A stretch of 64,000 nt of DNA from an uncultured Nitrososphaeraceae archaeon (GCA_963729045.1 CAVSMN010000001.1:1-64000); one strand, 5' to 3'; shown: positions 44,706 to 56,953, counted from the first letter of the stretch. The notes: generated by a model not told the origin, from the letters alone. Numbers and translations: made by a program.

Positions 44706-44760
44706 TCTTTTTTTTGTTTTGTTTTAGTGCTTTGTTTTTGTTTTAGTTAGTTAATTTTAC
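44706..44760 (+). terminator. Oligo-T archaeal terminator after amoC
   Basis: T8 run plus repeated GTTTT tracts directly after the stop. Confidence 0.6.
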
Positions 44761-44863
44761 TTAATTATTTAGATACATTAGAATAGAAACCGATATAGTT
44801 AATTTCCCTAAAAGTCCAATCTTTCTTTATAGGAAATGCATCTTAAAATAAACAAGGTGGTAC

Positions 44864-45325
44864 TTATAGTAACCCATCAGAATCCGGATCTGCATCATTA
44901 GATTGTTTTAGTTTATCAGAGAAACTTATCGTTTTACCATGATCAGATATGGAAATTTGGGTATCAACTCGAATGTTCAAACCTAATGATCTATATACTG
45001 CAAGCAGATCTCCCCCAGATATTTTAGAAATCTCCCCAAATCGAATCAATTCATTTAACCTTTTTATAATAATTTTAGTTTGCAAGGGAAATTGCTGTTC
45101 AGCGAGTTTTAAAACTTCGTCACCTCTATCGTACAGATAGCGCAACAAGAAATTCCTTTCAGAATCGATTCCTTCTGGTTTATTTTTATTTGTTTTATTC
45201 TGGAGTTCCAAATTGATCTTGTCTTTTTCTTTTGAGGCTAACTGCTCTTGTAGCTTTTTCATCTTTCTTGCTTTAATTAATTCAAGATCTGGATCATCCA
45301 TGCCTGATTTTTTATCGGCGCCCAA
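44864..45325 (-). CDS. PDCD5-like double-stranded DNA-binding protein
   Basis: DPDLELIKARKMKKLQ, DRGDEVL and I.GGDLL..YRSLGLNIRV.T.I. Confidence 0.75.
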   Translation of the reverse strand: MGADKKSGMDDPDLELIKARKMKKLQEQLASKEKDKINLELQNKTNKNKPEGIDSERNFLLRYLYDRGDEVLKLAEQQFPLQTKIIIKRLNELIRFGEISKISGGDLLAVYRSLGLNIRVDTQISISDHGKTISFSDKLKQSNDADPDSDGLL

Positions 45326-45326
45326 T

Positions 45327-46805
45327 TTAACCTTTAATAACTCCTAGTGGGACCAATCTAACAACTTTTGTGGCAATCCCAACCTTATGTGACACATCGG
45401 CAACCATATCGACATCCTTATACGCATCGGGAGATTCTTCGATCAATCCATTTTTAGTTAAAGATTTAACATATATGCCCCGTGATTCTAACTTTTTCTT
45501 CACATCATCTAACGTATAAGTTCTTTTTGCTTCTGATCTTGACATAGTTCTTCCTGCCCCATGAGCCGTTGATCCAAAGCTAAGATCCATTGATTTAGGT
45601 GAGCCCAAAAGAACCCAACTTGCAGTACCCATGGACCCTGGAATAATTACAGGTTGTCCTACAGAACGAAATTTATCGGGTAGTTGTTCCATTCCCGAAG
45701 GAAATGCACGTGTTGCGCCTTTTCTATGTACTACTAAATCACGAGATCCTTCCCCATCAACTCTATGACGTTCTACCTTTGCAATATTATGAGATACATC
45801 GTATACTAATTCCATGCCGAGATCTTGTTCGCTTAATTGAAGAACTCGTTGAAATGTCTTCCTCGTCCAGTGAGTGAGCATTTGCCTATTTGCCCAAGCA
45901 AAATTTAGCGCAGAAAACATGGACTTTCTATAACTCTCTCCTTCCACTGAGGTATTAGGAACACAGGCCAATTCTCTATCTACAACATTTAGATTATATT
46001 TTTTCATGGCTTGTTCTGACAACCGTAGGTAGTCACTACAAACTTGATGTCCAAATCCACGGGAACCACAATGTATTAAAATTTGTATTTCTCCTTCTTT
46101 TCTAATTCCCATGGTATTGGCCGCTTCTTCATCATATATCTTGTCCACTTTTTGGATCTCTAGAAAATGATTTCCCGAACCCAAACTCCCTAGTTGCATT
46201 GAACCGCGTTTTCTAGCGTTAGTTGAAATATTTATAGGATCTGCCCCTTTCATTCTTCCACTCTCTTCACAAGATTCAAGATCGGTATCTATTCCATAAC
46301 CATTCTCTACAGACCATTTTGCGCCGTCAATGAGTAGATCGTCCAGCTCTGAGCTGGTCAGCTTAATAGCCCCCTCACTTCCAACACCTGTGGGAATAGA
46401 GGAAAATAGAGAATCAACTAGAATTTTGAGTTTAGAATGAACATCAGATTCTACAAGATTAGTTCTAATCAGTCTGACTCCACAATTAATATCATAACCT
46501 ACTCCACCAGGACTAATGATACCCTCTTCTAAATCTGATGCAGCCACGCCACCCACAGGAAATCCATATCCTTCATGACCATCAGGAAGTACAACTACAT
46601 GTTTTTTTACCCCAGGCAGGGTTGTGACATTGACAGCTTGATCGAGTGTTCGATCAAGGGCCATTTTAGATATCAATAGATCATTCGCAAATATTGTTAC
46701 AGGAACATTCATCCCACGCGAATCTTCTTTATATATCTGAAATTGATAGTCAGAAATTTTATTAACCAAATGCTTCCCATTTTTTGTTACTAATGAACCA
46801 GACAT
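45327..46805 (-). CDS. rtcB: tRNA-splicing ligase RtcB
   Basis: PDGHEGYGFPVG, GYDINCG, GSGNHF, HRKGATR, PGSMG and STAHGAGR. Confidence 0.98.
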   Translation of the reverse strand: MSGSLVTKNGKHLVNKISDYQFQIYKEDSRGMNVPVTIFANDLLISKMALDRTLDQAVNVTTLPGVKKHVVVLPDGHEGYGFPVGGVAASDLEEGIISPGGVGYDINCGVRLIRTNLVESDVHSKLKILVDSLFSSIPTGVGSEGAIKLTSSELDDLLIDGAKWSVENGYGIDTDLESCEESGRMKGADPINISTNARKRGSMQLGSLGSGNHFLEIQKVDKIYDEEAANTMGIRKEGEIQILIHCGSRGFGHQVCSDYLRLSEQAMKKYNLNVVDRELACVPNTSVEGESYRKSMFSALNFAWANRQMLTHWTRKTFQRVLQLSEQDLGMELVYDVSHNIAKVERHRVDGEGSRDLVVHRKGATRAFPSGMEQLPDKFRSVGQPVIIPGSMGTASWVLLGSPKSMDLSFGSTAHGAGRTMSRSEAKRTYTLDDVKKKLESRGIYVKSLTKNGLIEESPDAYKDVDMVADVSHKVGIATKVVRLVPLGVIKG

Positions 46806-46893
46806 TATTCCCTTTATGATAAATATTTTAATTTTGTCAAATATTAATCATCCTAAATAATAAATTAGATAATCAATATCTGACTTTAGACTA

Positions 46894-48249
46894 ATGCCTA
46901 TTTTACCTATTGATAGCGGAAGATATGGAACGAAAGAAATGAAAGACATTTTTGAAGAAGATAGAAAACTAAATTATGAATTAATTTTTGAATCTGCGGT
47001 TGCAAATGCACAGGCGGAATTACAGATAATTCCGATGGAAGCTTCTAAAAATATAGAAGAGGTTGTTTCATCTAATAAAATATCAGTACAAAGAGTAAAA
47101 GAATTAGAAAGTATAAGTGATCATGATACTGCTGCGATAGTAGAAGCAATAAGCGAGTTATGTTCAGAAAGTTCAAAACCTTGGATTCATTATGGCTTGA
47201 CAAGTAATGATGTGGTAGATAGTAGTACCTCAATGCAGATGCGGGACGTATTTAAGATACTGGAATCAAAATTGCACCAGCTAATCAAAGAATTACTAAA
47301 AAAATCAACAGAATATCAAGATTTGCCTGCGGTAGGTAGAACTCATGGCCAACATGCAAGTATTACTTCCTTTGGACTTAAATTTGCTATTTGGTCAAAT
47401 GAATTACTTGACCACCTAATAAGGATTGACGAGGGGAAAAAAAGATTTCTACTTTGCAAAACCCTAGGAGTTGTGGGAACAGGATCTTTGATGAGAGAGA
47501 ATGCATTAGAGGTTCAAAAAATAGTTGCAAAGAAACTAGACCTCTTCCCCACCGAAGCTGCAACCCAAGTGATTCCAAGGGAGAGATATTCAGAAATGTT
47601 ATTCACAATTACACTAATAGCATTAACATTAGACAAAATAGCTATCGAAATTAGAAACTTGCAGCGTACTGAGATCGGAGAAGTTCAAGAACCATTTAAG
47701 AAAGGACAGATGGGAAGTAGCGCAGTACCAGTAAAAAAAAATCCAATAAAGAGCGAAAGAATCTCTTCATTGGCCAGAATCGTTAAATCAAATCTGAACG
47801 TTTCTTTAGAAAATATAGCATTATGGCATGAAAGAGATTTATCAAATTCGGCTAACGAACGTTTTATTATTCCAATGTCATCCATCCTGGTGGATGATAT
47901 GATAAGCACAATGATAAAGATCATAGCAGGTTTAAAAATAAACAAGGAAAAAATAGTAAATAACATAGAATTGACCAAGGGTCAAATATTTGCAGAATTT
48001 GTCCTACAAGTTTTGGTATTAAAAGGTATTCCAAGATTCAAAGCATATAGAGATATTCAATCAGTAGCCTTTAGTGCAGCTGAAAAACAAGAACACTTTT
48101 TTGATGCTTTAATAAAAGAAGAAGAAATTATCAATAATGTAAGCAAAGAGGAATTAGAAGTGATATTTAATCCCCAAAGTCAACTTTCTGCATCGAAGAA
48201 CATTATAAGAAATATAGTAAATAAAGCGAAACAAATGAATATTTCCTAA
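46894..48249 (+). CDS. purB: Adenylosuccinate lyase
   Basis: HYGLTSND, GRTHGQHA, GSSAVPVKKNP and LWHERDL. Confidence 0.96.
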   Translation: MPILPIDSGRYGTKEMKDIFEEDRKLNYELIFESAVANAQAELQIIPMEASKNIEEVVSSNKISVQRVKELESISDHDTAAIVEAISELCSESSKPWIHYGLTSNDVVDSSTSMQMRDVFKILESKLHQLIKELLKKSTEYQDLPAVGRTHGQHASITSFGLKFAIWSNELLDHLIRIDEGKKRFLLCKTLGVVGTGSLMRENALEVQKIVAKKLDLFPTEAATQVIPRERYSEMLFTITLIALTLDKIAIEIRNLQRTEIGEVQEPFKKGQMGSSAVPVKKNPIKSERISSLARIVKSNLNVSLENIALWHERDLSNSANERFIIPMSSILVDDMISTMIKIIAGLKINKEKIVNNIELTKGQIFAEFVLQVLVLKGIPRFKAYRDIQSVAFSAAEKQEHFFDALIKEEEIINNVSKEELEVIFNPQSQLSASKNIIRNIVNKAKQMNIS

Positions 48250-48477
48250 CCACATCTACAATATTTTTTCAAAGTATTTCTACCAATTTCGAATACTAGT
48301 TCAAACTCTCAAAGCAGTTTCCTAACTTTTTATGGTATTCTGTCATATGTACATGTTGATATAATAATTTTTAGTATCAATACGAGGTAATACAAAAATA
48401 ACATTCATAAGATAGAAAGAGGGATAATTCAAGTTAAATATTAATAAATGGAAAATTAAACAGAACCCAATTTCCAT

Positions 48478-50889
48478 TTGGGGTGGAAAATTGATTTGAA
48501 TGTAGGCGAGTCGATTAAGAAATGGACTTTTAATTTGTCCTATTATGATTATGCGAGTTGCTTTTTCATTTCATTATCATTTGTCTCGATGATCACAACA
48601 GGTATTTTCGCCATCCCGCTAGTATCAGATTTTTTTTCAGAAAAGGAATTTGATTGGAATAGAGATTGGACCAACGTACTATTCACTACAACTAGTATGC
48701 TGGGTTTTATATGGGGTCTTATGGCACATTCACAGTTTGATATTTCTACAAAAATGGTAAGGAATACCTGGCATTTATGTCGTAAACTAGACCCATTTAT
48801 AGGAGAATATGACTATAAAACATTCAATCCGGAAACAAATCATTTGGAAGACGGATATGCCTATCATAGTTTAGTAGATTTTTGGGATAGGGAAAACGAG
48901 GTACCCCACTGGCTTGATAAGGGAAAATACTGGAAGATATTATTGGAGTTGCGGAAAATAAACAAGAACGTAAGGCTGGAAGTGACAAAGGATGCAAATC
49001 TCCCTTTTAAAAGAGGAAAGGGTAACATAGTAGTTATATTAAAAAAATTCGATCAGGCTGATTCTCCGAGTAAGAAAAATAAATTAACTGATGGTAAGAA
49101 TGCAATATTTAGGGTTATGATTCCGCAATGGCTAGTAATTAACACAGAATATAAAAGATTTAACATTTTCTCTCAAACAGAAATAAATACAGTAACAAAC
49201 ATACTTTCAGATGTTAATAAAAACATACCCAAAATAATTGATGAAATAATTTTCAAAGAAGAACCTTTTCTGAAAGATTCTGGAAATATTTTGACATCCT
49301 TCTCCACGTACCTATACAAGAGTCTCCCCATAAGGATAGTGTATAATAGAATTAAAGAAATACTTCCGGGTGCAAAAAAGCGTCAAATACAATACACGAA
49401 TGAAAATCTTTCGAGTTTATCTCTAGATTATCTAATTGAATCTATTTTGTTAAAGGCCAGACCCACAGGCATCAATCAGGAATCATTGACTAAATTGCAT
49501 TTATTGACCCAATATCTTAAAAAAGAATATGATAAGCTAGGCTTAGGAGAAGGATCGAGTGAATATCACAATCTACATCACTCCCTAGAAGTCGCATATA
49601 TGAGCCTAAACATGTTACCAAAGGAAATTCATGGTTACACGATTACCAATAGAGACTATGAAATAATGCTAGTTGCAGCATTGTTACATGATTACGATCC
49701 GGACCAAGGCACCTCGCATTATGATTTAAAGTATACAAGAGTTCCCACAGTAGCAAACACTATAGCGGAAATAAAAAGAAAAAGAATTCATGATGCATAT
49801 TTTTTGCTAAATAGTGAAGAACTAGTTAGATTTTTTAGAAAATATGAGTCTTCTCCTTTGGTAGTGGCACAGGAGTTTGCTACCACTCATCCAGAAATGT
49901 TAAATGGTAGAGAAGCTAAAATCGAAGGCAAAATAGTTGAAGCTTTAATATGGAGAACAGACTATCCTTTTAATGAAAATGCGTATAACAACTTTAATCG
50001 GTTACTAAAAGAAATAGATGGTCAAGACTTTTCCGTAGAGAAAATCAATCTAATCGCAGAAATTCTATCATTAGCTGATCTGTCAGTAACGTATCTTAGT
50101 TCTGATCCTCTCTTAGCATGGAACAGAGTAGTAAAATTGTATGAAGAACTAGATTTTCCATTGGTAGAAGCTGTTTCTAGAACTGACAGATTCTTGTCTT
50201 TATTTTCAGAAGGTTCATTATTTAAGGACATAATATCAAGAAAAAACTTTCCAGATGTTTTCAGACAAAAATGGGATAATGTATATCAATTTTTTCATGA
50301 GGGAAATCCATCAAACAAAATAAACAATCTAATCTTGGATGCTAAAACAAAATATGAAAAAATTAACATGGATGTGTCGGTCAGTAATTGCGATTATTTA
50401 ATTAACACTGCTCTTCATAATAAGAACGAATATCATATAGGAATTGTAAAAGATAAAGACGAAATAATAAAGGCACAAACAAAATTATCAGGACTTCAAA
50501 TAGAGAATTTAGAGATTCTTCCAGGCAACCCGGACAACATTCTCCCTTTCATAAAAGATAAATCCGTTGATAATTTCATGATAACAATCTTTTGTGATAA
50601 TTCTGAAAAAAGAGTCAATAAAGAAAGGATACTAAAAAATCTACTTCATTCTTACAAGTCTAAATTAAGCCAAGATGGAACTATTCAAATTATTGTGGAG
50701 AACGAACAGGATTTTAGAAAAATATTGTCATTAATACCTGAACATGACTTTAAAACAACTAACATGTCCGATAAGGTTGCATTAAGAGCACTGAATCTAG
50801 ATAAATCTGGACACACCAATGATGCTAAAAATGTCAAAATAATAACTATACAAAAGCAACAAAATAATGACAATAATATACAAAAATGA
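48478..50889 (+). CDS. Membrane-anchored HD-domain protein (PDE-like) with a degenerate methyltransferase-like C-terminus
   Basis: Two N-terminal hydrophobic helices, then YHNLHHSLEV, AALLHDYD and LADL. The C-terminus reads LPFIKDKSVDNF...KL..DG.I.I. Confidence 0.75.
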   Translation: MGWKIDLNVGESIKKWTFNLSYYDYASCFFISLSFVSMITTGIFAIPLVSDFFSEKEFDWNRDWTNVLFTTTSMLGFIWGLMAHSQFDISTKMVRNTWHLCRKLDPFIGEYDYKTFNPETNHLEDGYAYHSLVDFWDRENEVPHWLDKGKYWKILLELRKINKNVRLEVTKDANLPFKRGKGNIVVILKKFDQADSPSKKNKLTDGKNAIFRVMIPQWLVINTEYKRFNIFSQTEINTVTNILSDVNKNIPKIIDEIIFKEEPFLKDSGNILTSFSTYLYKSLPIRIVYNRIKEILPGAKKRQIQYTNENLSSLSLDYLIESILLKARPTGINQESLTKLHLLTQYLKKEYDKLGLGEGSSEYHNLHHSLEVAYMSLNMLPKEIHGYTITNRDYEIMLVAALLHDYDPDQGTSHYDLKYTRVPTVANTIAEIKRKRIHDAYFLLNSEELVRFFRKYESSPLVVAQEFATTHPEMLNGREAKIEGKIVEALIWRTDYPFNENAYNNFNRLLKEIDGQDFSVEKINLIAEILSLADLSVTYLSSDPLLAWNRVVKLYEELDFPLVEAVSRTDRFLSLFSEGSLFKDIISRKNFPDVFRQKWDNVYQFFHEGNPSNKINNLILDAKTKYEKINMDVSVSNCDYLINTALHNKNEYHIGIVKDKDEIIKAQTKLSGLQIENLEILPGNPDNILPFIKDKSVDNFMITIFCDNSEKRVNKERILKNLLHSYKSKLSQDGTIQIIVENEQDFRKILSLIPEHDFKTTNMSDKVALRALNLDKSGHTNDAKNVKIITIQKQQNNDNNIQK

Positions 50890-50943
50890 CCCCATAAAAA
50901 AAAGAAATAATAAAGAAAGAAAACATCCAAATATAATATAATT

Positions 50944-53900
50944 TTGGTCTATATTAAAAAATTAGATGTTTTTGGATTTAAATCGTTTGGATCAAAGAAC
51001 ATTTCACTAAACTTTCAAAAAGGTCTAATAGCTGTAACTGGACCAAATGGGTCGGGCAAAAGCAATATTCTTGATGCAATAATATTCGCTTTAGGGGAGA
51101 ACAGTCCAAAAGCCCTTCGTGTAGACAAATTTCAATCACTTTTTCATGATAGTAGTTCAAATGATAATTCTAATAAAATAGTTAAGGTCAGTGTAACTTT
51201 TGACAATGAAGATAGAGGAATTCCAGTGGATGCCAATCTTGTTACCATAACGAGAGAAATGTCCGGAGTCAACACTGGAGAAAGTCAATACTATTTGAAT
51301 AAAAAGAGAGTATCGAGAAATAATATCTTGGAATTATTAGAGATAGTGGTCGCCTCTCCTAATAAACTGAATATAGTCCAACAAGGGATGATTACTAGAA
51401 TATCGGAACTGAATTCGGAAGAAAGGAGGAAAATAATCGAAGATATAGTTGGACTCTCATATTTTGATGAAAAGAAAAATCAGGCCTATAAACAACTCGA
51501 GGAATCAGACAGAAGGCTTGAAATAGCATTGGCTAAAATGGACGAAGTAAGGAATAGGATTGATGAGTTAGAAGAAGAGAGAAACGATCAACATAGATAT
51601 TTACAAATAGAATCAGAGATTAACCGGCTAAAAGCGATAAAACTGTCCGGAAGCATAAATAATCTAACTGGAAAAATATCAGAATTCAATGAAGAGCAAA
51701 AAACTAAGGAAATTAAAAGTCAAGAGGTTTCAAAAAAACTAGGAGAAGTAACCACTCAAATCGAAAACATTAGTCAAGAGAAAAAGTTATTTTTGGTTCA
51801 GGCCAATTCTGCAAGCAGTGAAAGAACAAAAAATGAGAAAAGACTATCAACAGTAGCCTATGAATACGAAAGAAATAGAGCTACGATAAAAGAAGCAGAA
51901 CATTATTTTGACCAATTAAATCAAAAGGAGAAAACCAATGAGATCGAGCAAAAAACCTTTAGAGAAAAAGAGATCGAATTAAACAATCAATTAATAGATA
52001 TTGAATCCAAGATCAAGATAGATGAAGAAAACCATAAATGAGTTGAGAAAGAAAAAATCTGAGAAAACCAAAGAAATAGATGAAATTAACAAGATAAACT
52101 CGGGTGAAATAACATACAAGAATTTCTTGACAGATAGAATAAATAAATTAATCCCCATAAAAGGAAAAATTGAAATAACCATAGCCAGATTTGAAGAAAA
52201 CATTAAAAATTATTCCGAAAAGATAAAGGAAAATGACTCACAAATCCACAAGGTCCTTGCAAAGAATCAGGAAATTGAAAGTGCTATTCTCAGTTCAAAA
52301 TCAAAAATTAAAGAGCTTGATACAGGAATAAGTAAGCTGGAAGACGAGAAAGAAACAATTGATAATAAATTATTCAAAGCTACCGCCGAAACCAATATCT
52401 CAAAAAGAGTAATAGAAAATGCAGAAAAAGTGATCATTAAATACGAAGAGAAAATAAACCTAGCAAAGAATAGTTTAACTGAGGATTATGCGATTGCAAC
52501 CCTATTAAAAGATTTTAAGAATTTAGATGTAATAGGATACGTATTTAATTTAATAACATGGAATGAGAAATATCAAAAAGCTGTAGTTGCATCCGGAAAC
52601 GAATGGATGAAAGCTGTAATTGTAAAAGACATCAAAAGTATGATTACACTTGCAGAATTCTCAAAAAATAAAGGAATACATTTTCTAAAGATAATTCCAC
52701 TCGAACTACTTAGTGGAGAGAAGATAAAAGATATTGAAGACAATCCATCGATTTTGGGAGTTCTCTCAGATTTTGTCTCAAGCAAAGTAAAACACTTACC
52801 CGAATTTTTATTTGGAAACACGATTCTTACGAAGAATCCGTTGACAGCATATTTATTATCCAATAATGGTTTCAAAGCCGTATCAACGAGTGGAGAAATT
52901 TTTTTTCCTAACTTGTCGTTAATGCAATTTGATTACGGATCAAAAATTGCAGATGTTACGAAGGATTTGTTACTTTCTGACTCTATTGAAAATTTAAGAA
53001 AAAATATAGAAAAATTACAAGAATTAACAAGAATAAGAATTACGGAGCTTGATATGCTAAATAAGGAGAGAACATTCTTGGGAGGGAAACTGGATACATT
53101 TACTTTAGAAAAGTCCAATATCACAAAAAACATCAATGAGTTAGAAAATCTTTTAGTAACAAATCTTAAAAATTTGAATATACTATATACTATAAACAAG
53201 GAACATAGCACACATTTGGATGATCTTTTTCGCAATTTTAGCTACTCTAAAAGGAGGTTCAAAATTATTACTAATACTAATAGTAGAATGAATATTGAAA
53301 TAAAAAATACGGATGAAAGAATTGACATGCAAAAGATAATGAAAATTGAAGAAGACGGACGCAAAATTGTTGGTGAACTAGATATCATAAACACCAGATT
53401 AAATCAATTGAAATTAACACATTCGATGGTAAAGAATAATATAGAAAATATTACTCGGGCACATAATAAATCCATACAAGAAGATGATCAAATCAGGATA
53501 GAAAAGGTTGAGAGGAATAGGATTCTAGAAAAAGCCACATCAGATGGAAAGGATATAGAATCAGAATTAAGAACTCTGAGGGAAAAGGAAGATGAAATAA
53601 TTCAAGCAACAAGCACCACTTACTCAAGATTACAAGAGTATGAAACAGAGATCAAGAAATTAACCGAACTAGAAAAAAAACTTGGTAAAGAATCAAATCA
53701 ATTAGAAAAAGATATTGGATTTTTAAGAAAAGATATTCTAGATCTGGAATATCAAAAAATGAATCAAACTAACGATCTTGCTAGATTAGGTCACAAATCC
53801 TTGTTGGAAAGTTTTGATGTAGACGACTTATATCGCGAACTGAAAGAAGAGTATGAAAATATAAGAGATAAAGTAAATTTTAGAGCAGATGAAACTTATT

Positions 53901-54475
53901 TAGAGATAATAGAGGGATACAGAGGTTTATCGGATAAAAGAAACCATCTTGAAGAAGAGAGAAATTCAATTGTGAATTTCATAGAAGAAATAGGTAAAGA
54001 AAAAGAAAATCTATTTACGGATGCTTTCAAGAAAGTTGATGATGACATTAGAAAAACATTTTCCGATATTACCGGAGGTAATGCCTATTTGGAACTTGAG
54101 GATCCCGATAACATTTTTTCTGGCGGGATTTTATTAATGGTGCAATTTCCCAATAAACCTGCCAGGGAATCTACATCCTTGTCTGGAGGTGAAAAAACAA
54201 TGGCTGCAATAGTATTCCTTCTGGCATTACAATCGCTAAAACCATCTCCATTCTATTTAATGGATGAGGTAGATGCCCATCTTGATGCTCAAAACACTGA
54301 AAGGCTATCAAAAATACTACTACTTAGATCTGTCAATAATCAAATTATAATGGTAACACTCAAAGATTCCACAGTAGCAAAATCAGATTTAATATTTGGG
54401 GTTTATCCGAAGAATGGACTATCTCAAGTGGTAAAGTACAATCATCCAAGCAAAGTCAAATTAGAAGTAGAGTGA
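50944..54475 (+). CDS. smc: Chromosome segregation protein SMC (1-nt frameshift near 52025)
   Basis: GFKSF, GPNGSGKSN, Q-loop QQG, coiled coils, hinge, LSGGEK and MDEVDAHLD, split over two overlapping frames. Confidence 0.96.
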
Positions 54476-54509
54476 CACATAATTAAACGATGGATAAATT
54501 GAATCCTAA

Positions 54510-55517
54510 TTAATATTTTGATTTTGATTTTTTTTGATTTGGGTTTAGGTTTCTATAATAGAAACAAGAAACAGAATGTCTCTTGCTAATATCAAATTGT
54601 TCTATATCATTAGTACAATCAGTAAAAGATAATTTACACCTATTATAAAATTTACATCCCTTTAATGGCAATTCAGATAAATTTATGCCACCGAAGCTCT
54701 TATAGAATTTAGATTCATCGGTTGAAAAAGTAACCGCATCCAGTAACATCCAAGTATACGGATGAAGTGGATTATGTAACACTTCATCAATTTCTCCATA
54801 TTCGACGATGCTTCCAGCAAACATAATCCCAATCTTATCACCAATGAATCGCGAGGTTGCTAAATCATGTGTGATATAAATAATAGAAATATTCAGAGTC
54901 TTTCTCAACTCATTTAATAACGACAAGATTTCAGCTCTAACAGAAATGTCTAACATCGAAACAGGTTCATCAGCTATTATTAATTTTGGGATTTTTACAA
55001 TTGATCTCGCAATTGAAACACGTTGTCTTTGACCACCTGAAAGCATGGTTGGATATTTCTCCAAAATCTCTTCAACGGGTTCAAGTCTTGTTCTACGTAG
55101 TGCAAGACGCACTTTCTCATCTTTTTCGTTACGACTTAATTTATTCTCATGAATTTTTAGTGGCTCCATGACTATGTCTTTTATTTTGATGTGGGGATTT
55201 AAGGAACTATAGGGATCCTGATGGATCATCTGGATCATTGAATAAAATGCTTTCCTTTTTTTTAGAGAGTGAACGTCATTCCCCTCAAAGGATATAGTAC
55301 CATCGTCGGGGATTATAGCACCCATTATGAGTTTAGCGAGCGTAGTTTTTCCAGAACCAGATTCGCCGGCTATAACCAATACTTCACCCTGTCCCAAATC
55401 AAAGGATACATTATCGATTGCCTTTCTGGCTGGATTTGATGAAGATAAAAGATGGAAAATATTCCTATGAATTGGAAAAGTTTTGTTTACATTCCTGACC
55501 TGAAGCAAAGGCGACAT
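54510..55517 (-). CDS. Oligopeptide/dipeptide ABC transporter ATP-binding subunit (OppF/DppF-like)
   Basis: GESGSGKT, QDPYSSLNP, LSGGQRQR, ADEP, HPYT and C-terminal Cys motif. Confidence 0.93.
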   Translation of the reverse strand: MSPLLQVRNVNKTFPIHRNIFHLLSSSNPARKAIDNVSFDLGQGEVLVIAGESGSGKTTLAKLIMGAIIPDDGTISFEGNDVHSLKKRKAFYSMIQMIHQDPYSSLNPHIKIKDIVMEPLKIHENKLSRNEKDEKVRLALRRTRLEPVEEILEKYPTMLSGGQRQRVSIARSIVKIPKLIIADEPVSMLDISVRAEILSLLNELRKTLNISIIYITHDLATSRFIGDKIGIMFAGSIVEYGEIDEVLHNPLHPYTWMLLDAVTFSTDESKFYKSFGGINLSELPLKGCKFYNRCKLSFTDCTNDIEQFDISKRHSVSCFYYRNLNPNQKKSKSKY

Positions 55518-55868
55518 AAATAAAATATGAGCTTATTGGTATTTTAAAATATATCTATTAGTGTTCAGGAACACTGATTTGATGCCCCAGATTGAACTCA
55601 TTTTCTTATGATTAATAGTCAAAAGTGGTTAACGATTAGAGTCAGATATTAATTTGTATTTTTATAGACATTCCTAACAATTAAGCAATATCCAACCTTA
55701 TTGTAGGTATATAGACATTGTAAACCATGTCAACTATAGACTTTTTTTGTACCTGTAAATTGCATTTTACTTTTTTACCTCGATCAAGAATGTAAGAAAA
55801 TATATCATGATGAATTGATGATGATGGGAATATCATAAGCATATTATATTATTGTGAAAGAAAATCAA

Positions 55869-56429
55869 TTACATCTCAACATTGGTCCTAGTTTTCAATA
55901 ACTTTCGTAAAACTTTCGTTATTATCATATTCAGAATCATGAAAATCAAAAATTCGGCATAATGAGAAGTTTTACAAATTCGGCATTTAGATTTTGATTC
56001 GGATGAAATAATTGCCATTAAATTTTTTTCAGTTATCATGATCTTCTTGATGGCTTTATAGAATTTTGGATATAGCATATCAATAATTTCCCTGTTATCT
56101 CTCACGATCGAAACAAATGGATAGTTTTCATAAGCCAGCATCTTTACATTAGCTTTATAATATTTTACTAAGGTCCCTTTAACCTCTTCTGTTTTATAAA
56201 CACCTATCAAACCGTTTTTTTTCAGTATGGTTATGTGGTGTCTCAAAGTAGTCATGGCAATGTTAAATTTTGCTCTTTTTAATAAATCAAATAAATCCTT
56301 AGTCGAGAGGTTCCTATGATAAAGAAAATCTAAAATTTTTAGTCTGTGGGGATCGCTAGGTACTTTTGCAACATTTTCATTCATCAAAATTGTAGTCAAT
56401 GGTCTTTCATGAACTATAGTTTTTCCCAT
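55869..56429 (-). CDS. ArsR-like winged-HTH transcriptional regulator
   Basis: DPHRLKIL...TTLRHHI.ILKKNGLI...KYY. Confidence 0.8.
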   Translation of the reverse strand: MGKTIVHERPLTTILMNENVAKVPSDPHRLKILDFLYHRNLSTKDLFDLLKRAKFNIAMTTLRHHITILKKNGLIGVYKTEEVKGTLVKYYKANVKMLAYENYPFVSIVRDNREIIDMLYPKFYKAIKKIMITEKNLMAIISSESKSKCRICKTSHYAEFLIFMILNMIITKVLRKLLKTRTNVEM

Positions 56430-56509
56430 AGGATACTTTTTTCATCCAATTTTATTAATCTTGATTAAATATAGTGATAATAATCATTTATTGAACAGTT
56501 GCACGAAAT

Positions 56510-56953
56510 ATGATTATGAATTCGATGAACAAATGCGTGTTTTGTGAAATAATTAATGGAAATATTAAAGCTAGAAAGATACATGAAACCGAACATTCAA
56601 TAGCAATTTTAGATGCATTTCCCCTCAAGGATGGACATTCACTTATAATTGCCAAATCACATAAACCCAAAATTCAAGATTTGAGCTTTATAGAAAACAG
56701 GGACATTTTTGATGCATTGCACCTATTGACTGAAAAAATAGAAAAATCAATGAACTGTAATTCTTCACTAGTAGGTGTACATAATGGAAGGGATGCTGGG
56801 CAAGAAATTCCCCATTTTCATATTCATATTATTCCAATTGCAGAATCAAGTGAAAAGATTTCAATTCATTCTCTTTTTAATAAACGAGATACTCAAGGAA
56901 GTGATTTAGATGAACAATGGAGAAAAATATCCAAGGAGATACAAAGAATCTAA
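56510..56953 (+). CDS. HIT-family hydrolase
   Basis: CVFC, LDAFP..GH.L and NG..AGQEIPHFHIHIIP. Confidence 0.93.
   Translation: MIMNSMNKCVFCEIINGNIKARKIHETEHSIAILDAFPLKDGHSLIIAKSHKPKIQDLSFIENRDIFDALHLLTEKIEKSMNCNSSLVGVHNGRDAGQEIPHFHIHIIPIAESSEKISIHSLFNKRDTQGSDLDEQWRKISKEIQRI

Larger units (their letters stand above)
43970..44787 (+). repeat. amoC cassette, direct-repeat copy 1
   Basis: Near-identical to 57699..58515, including ~170 bp upstream and ~80 bp downstream. Confidence 0.97.

Noticed and set aside
50944..54475. Naturally split SMC, programmed frameshift, or Wadjet/Mks-type defence SMC
   Set aside because: It has canonical Smc motifs with a hinge and no jet/mks partners. The break matches the window-wide indel pattern.
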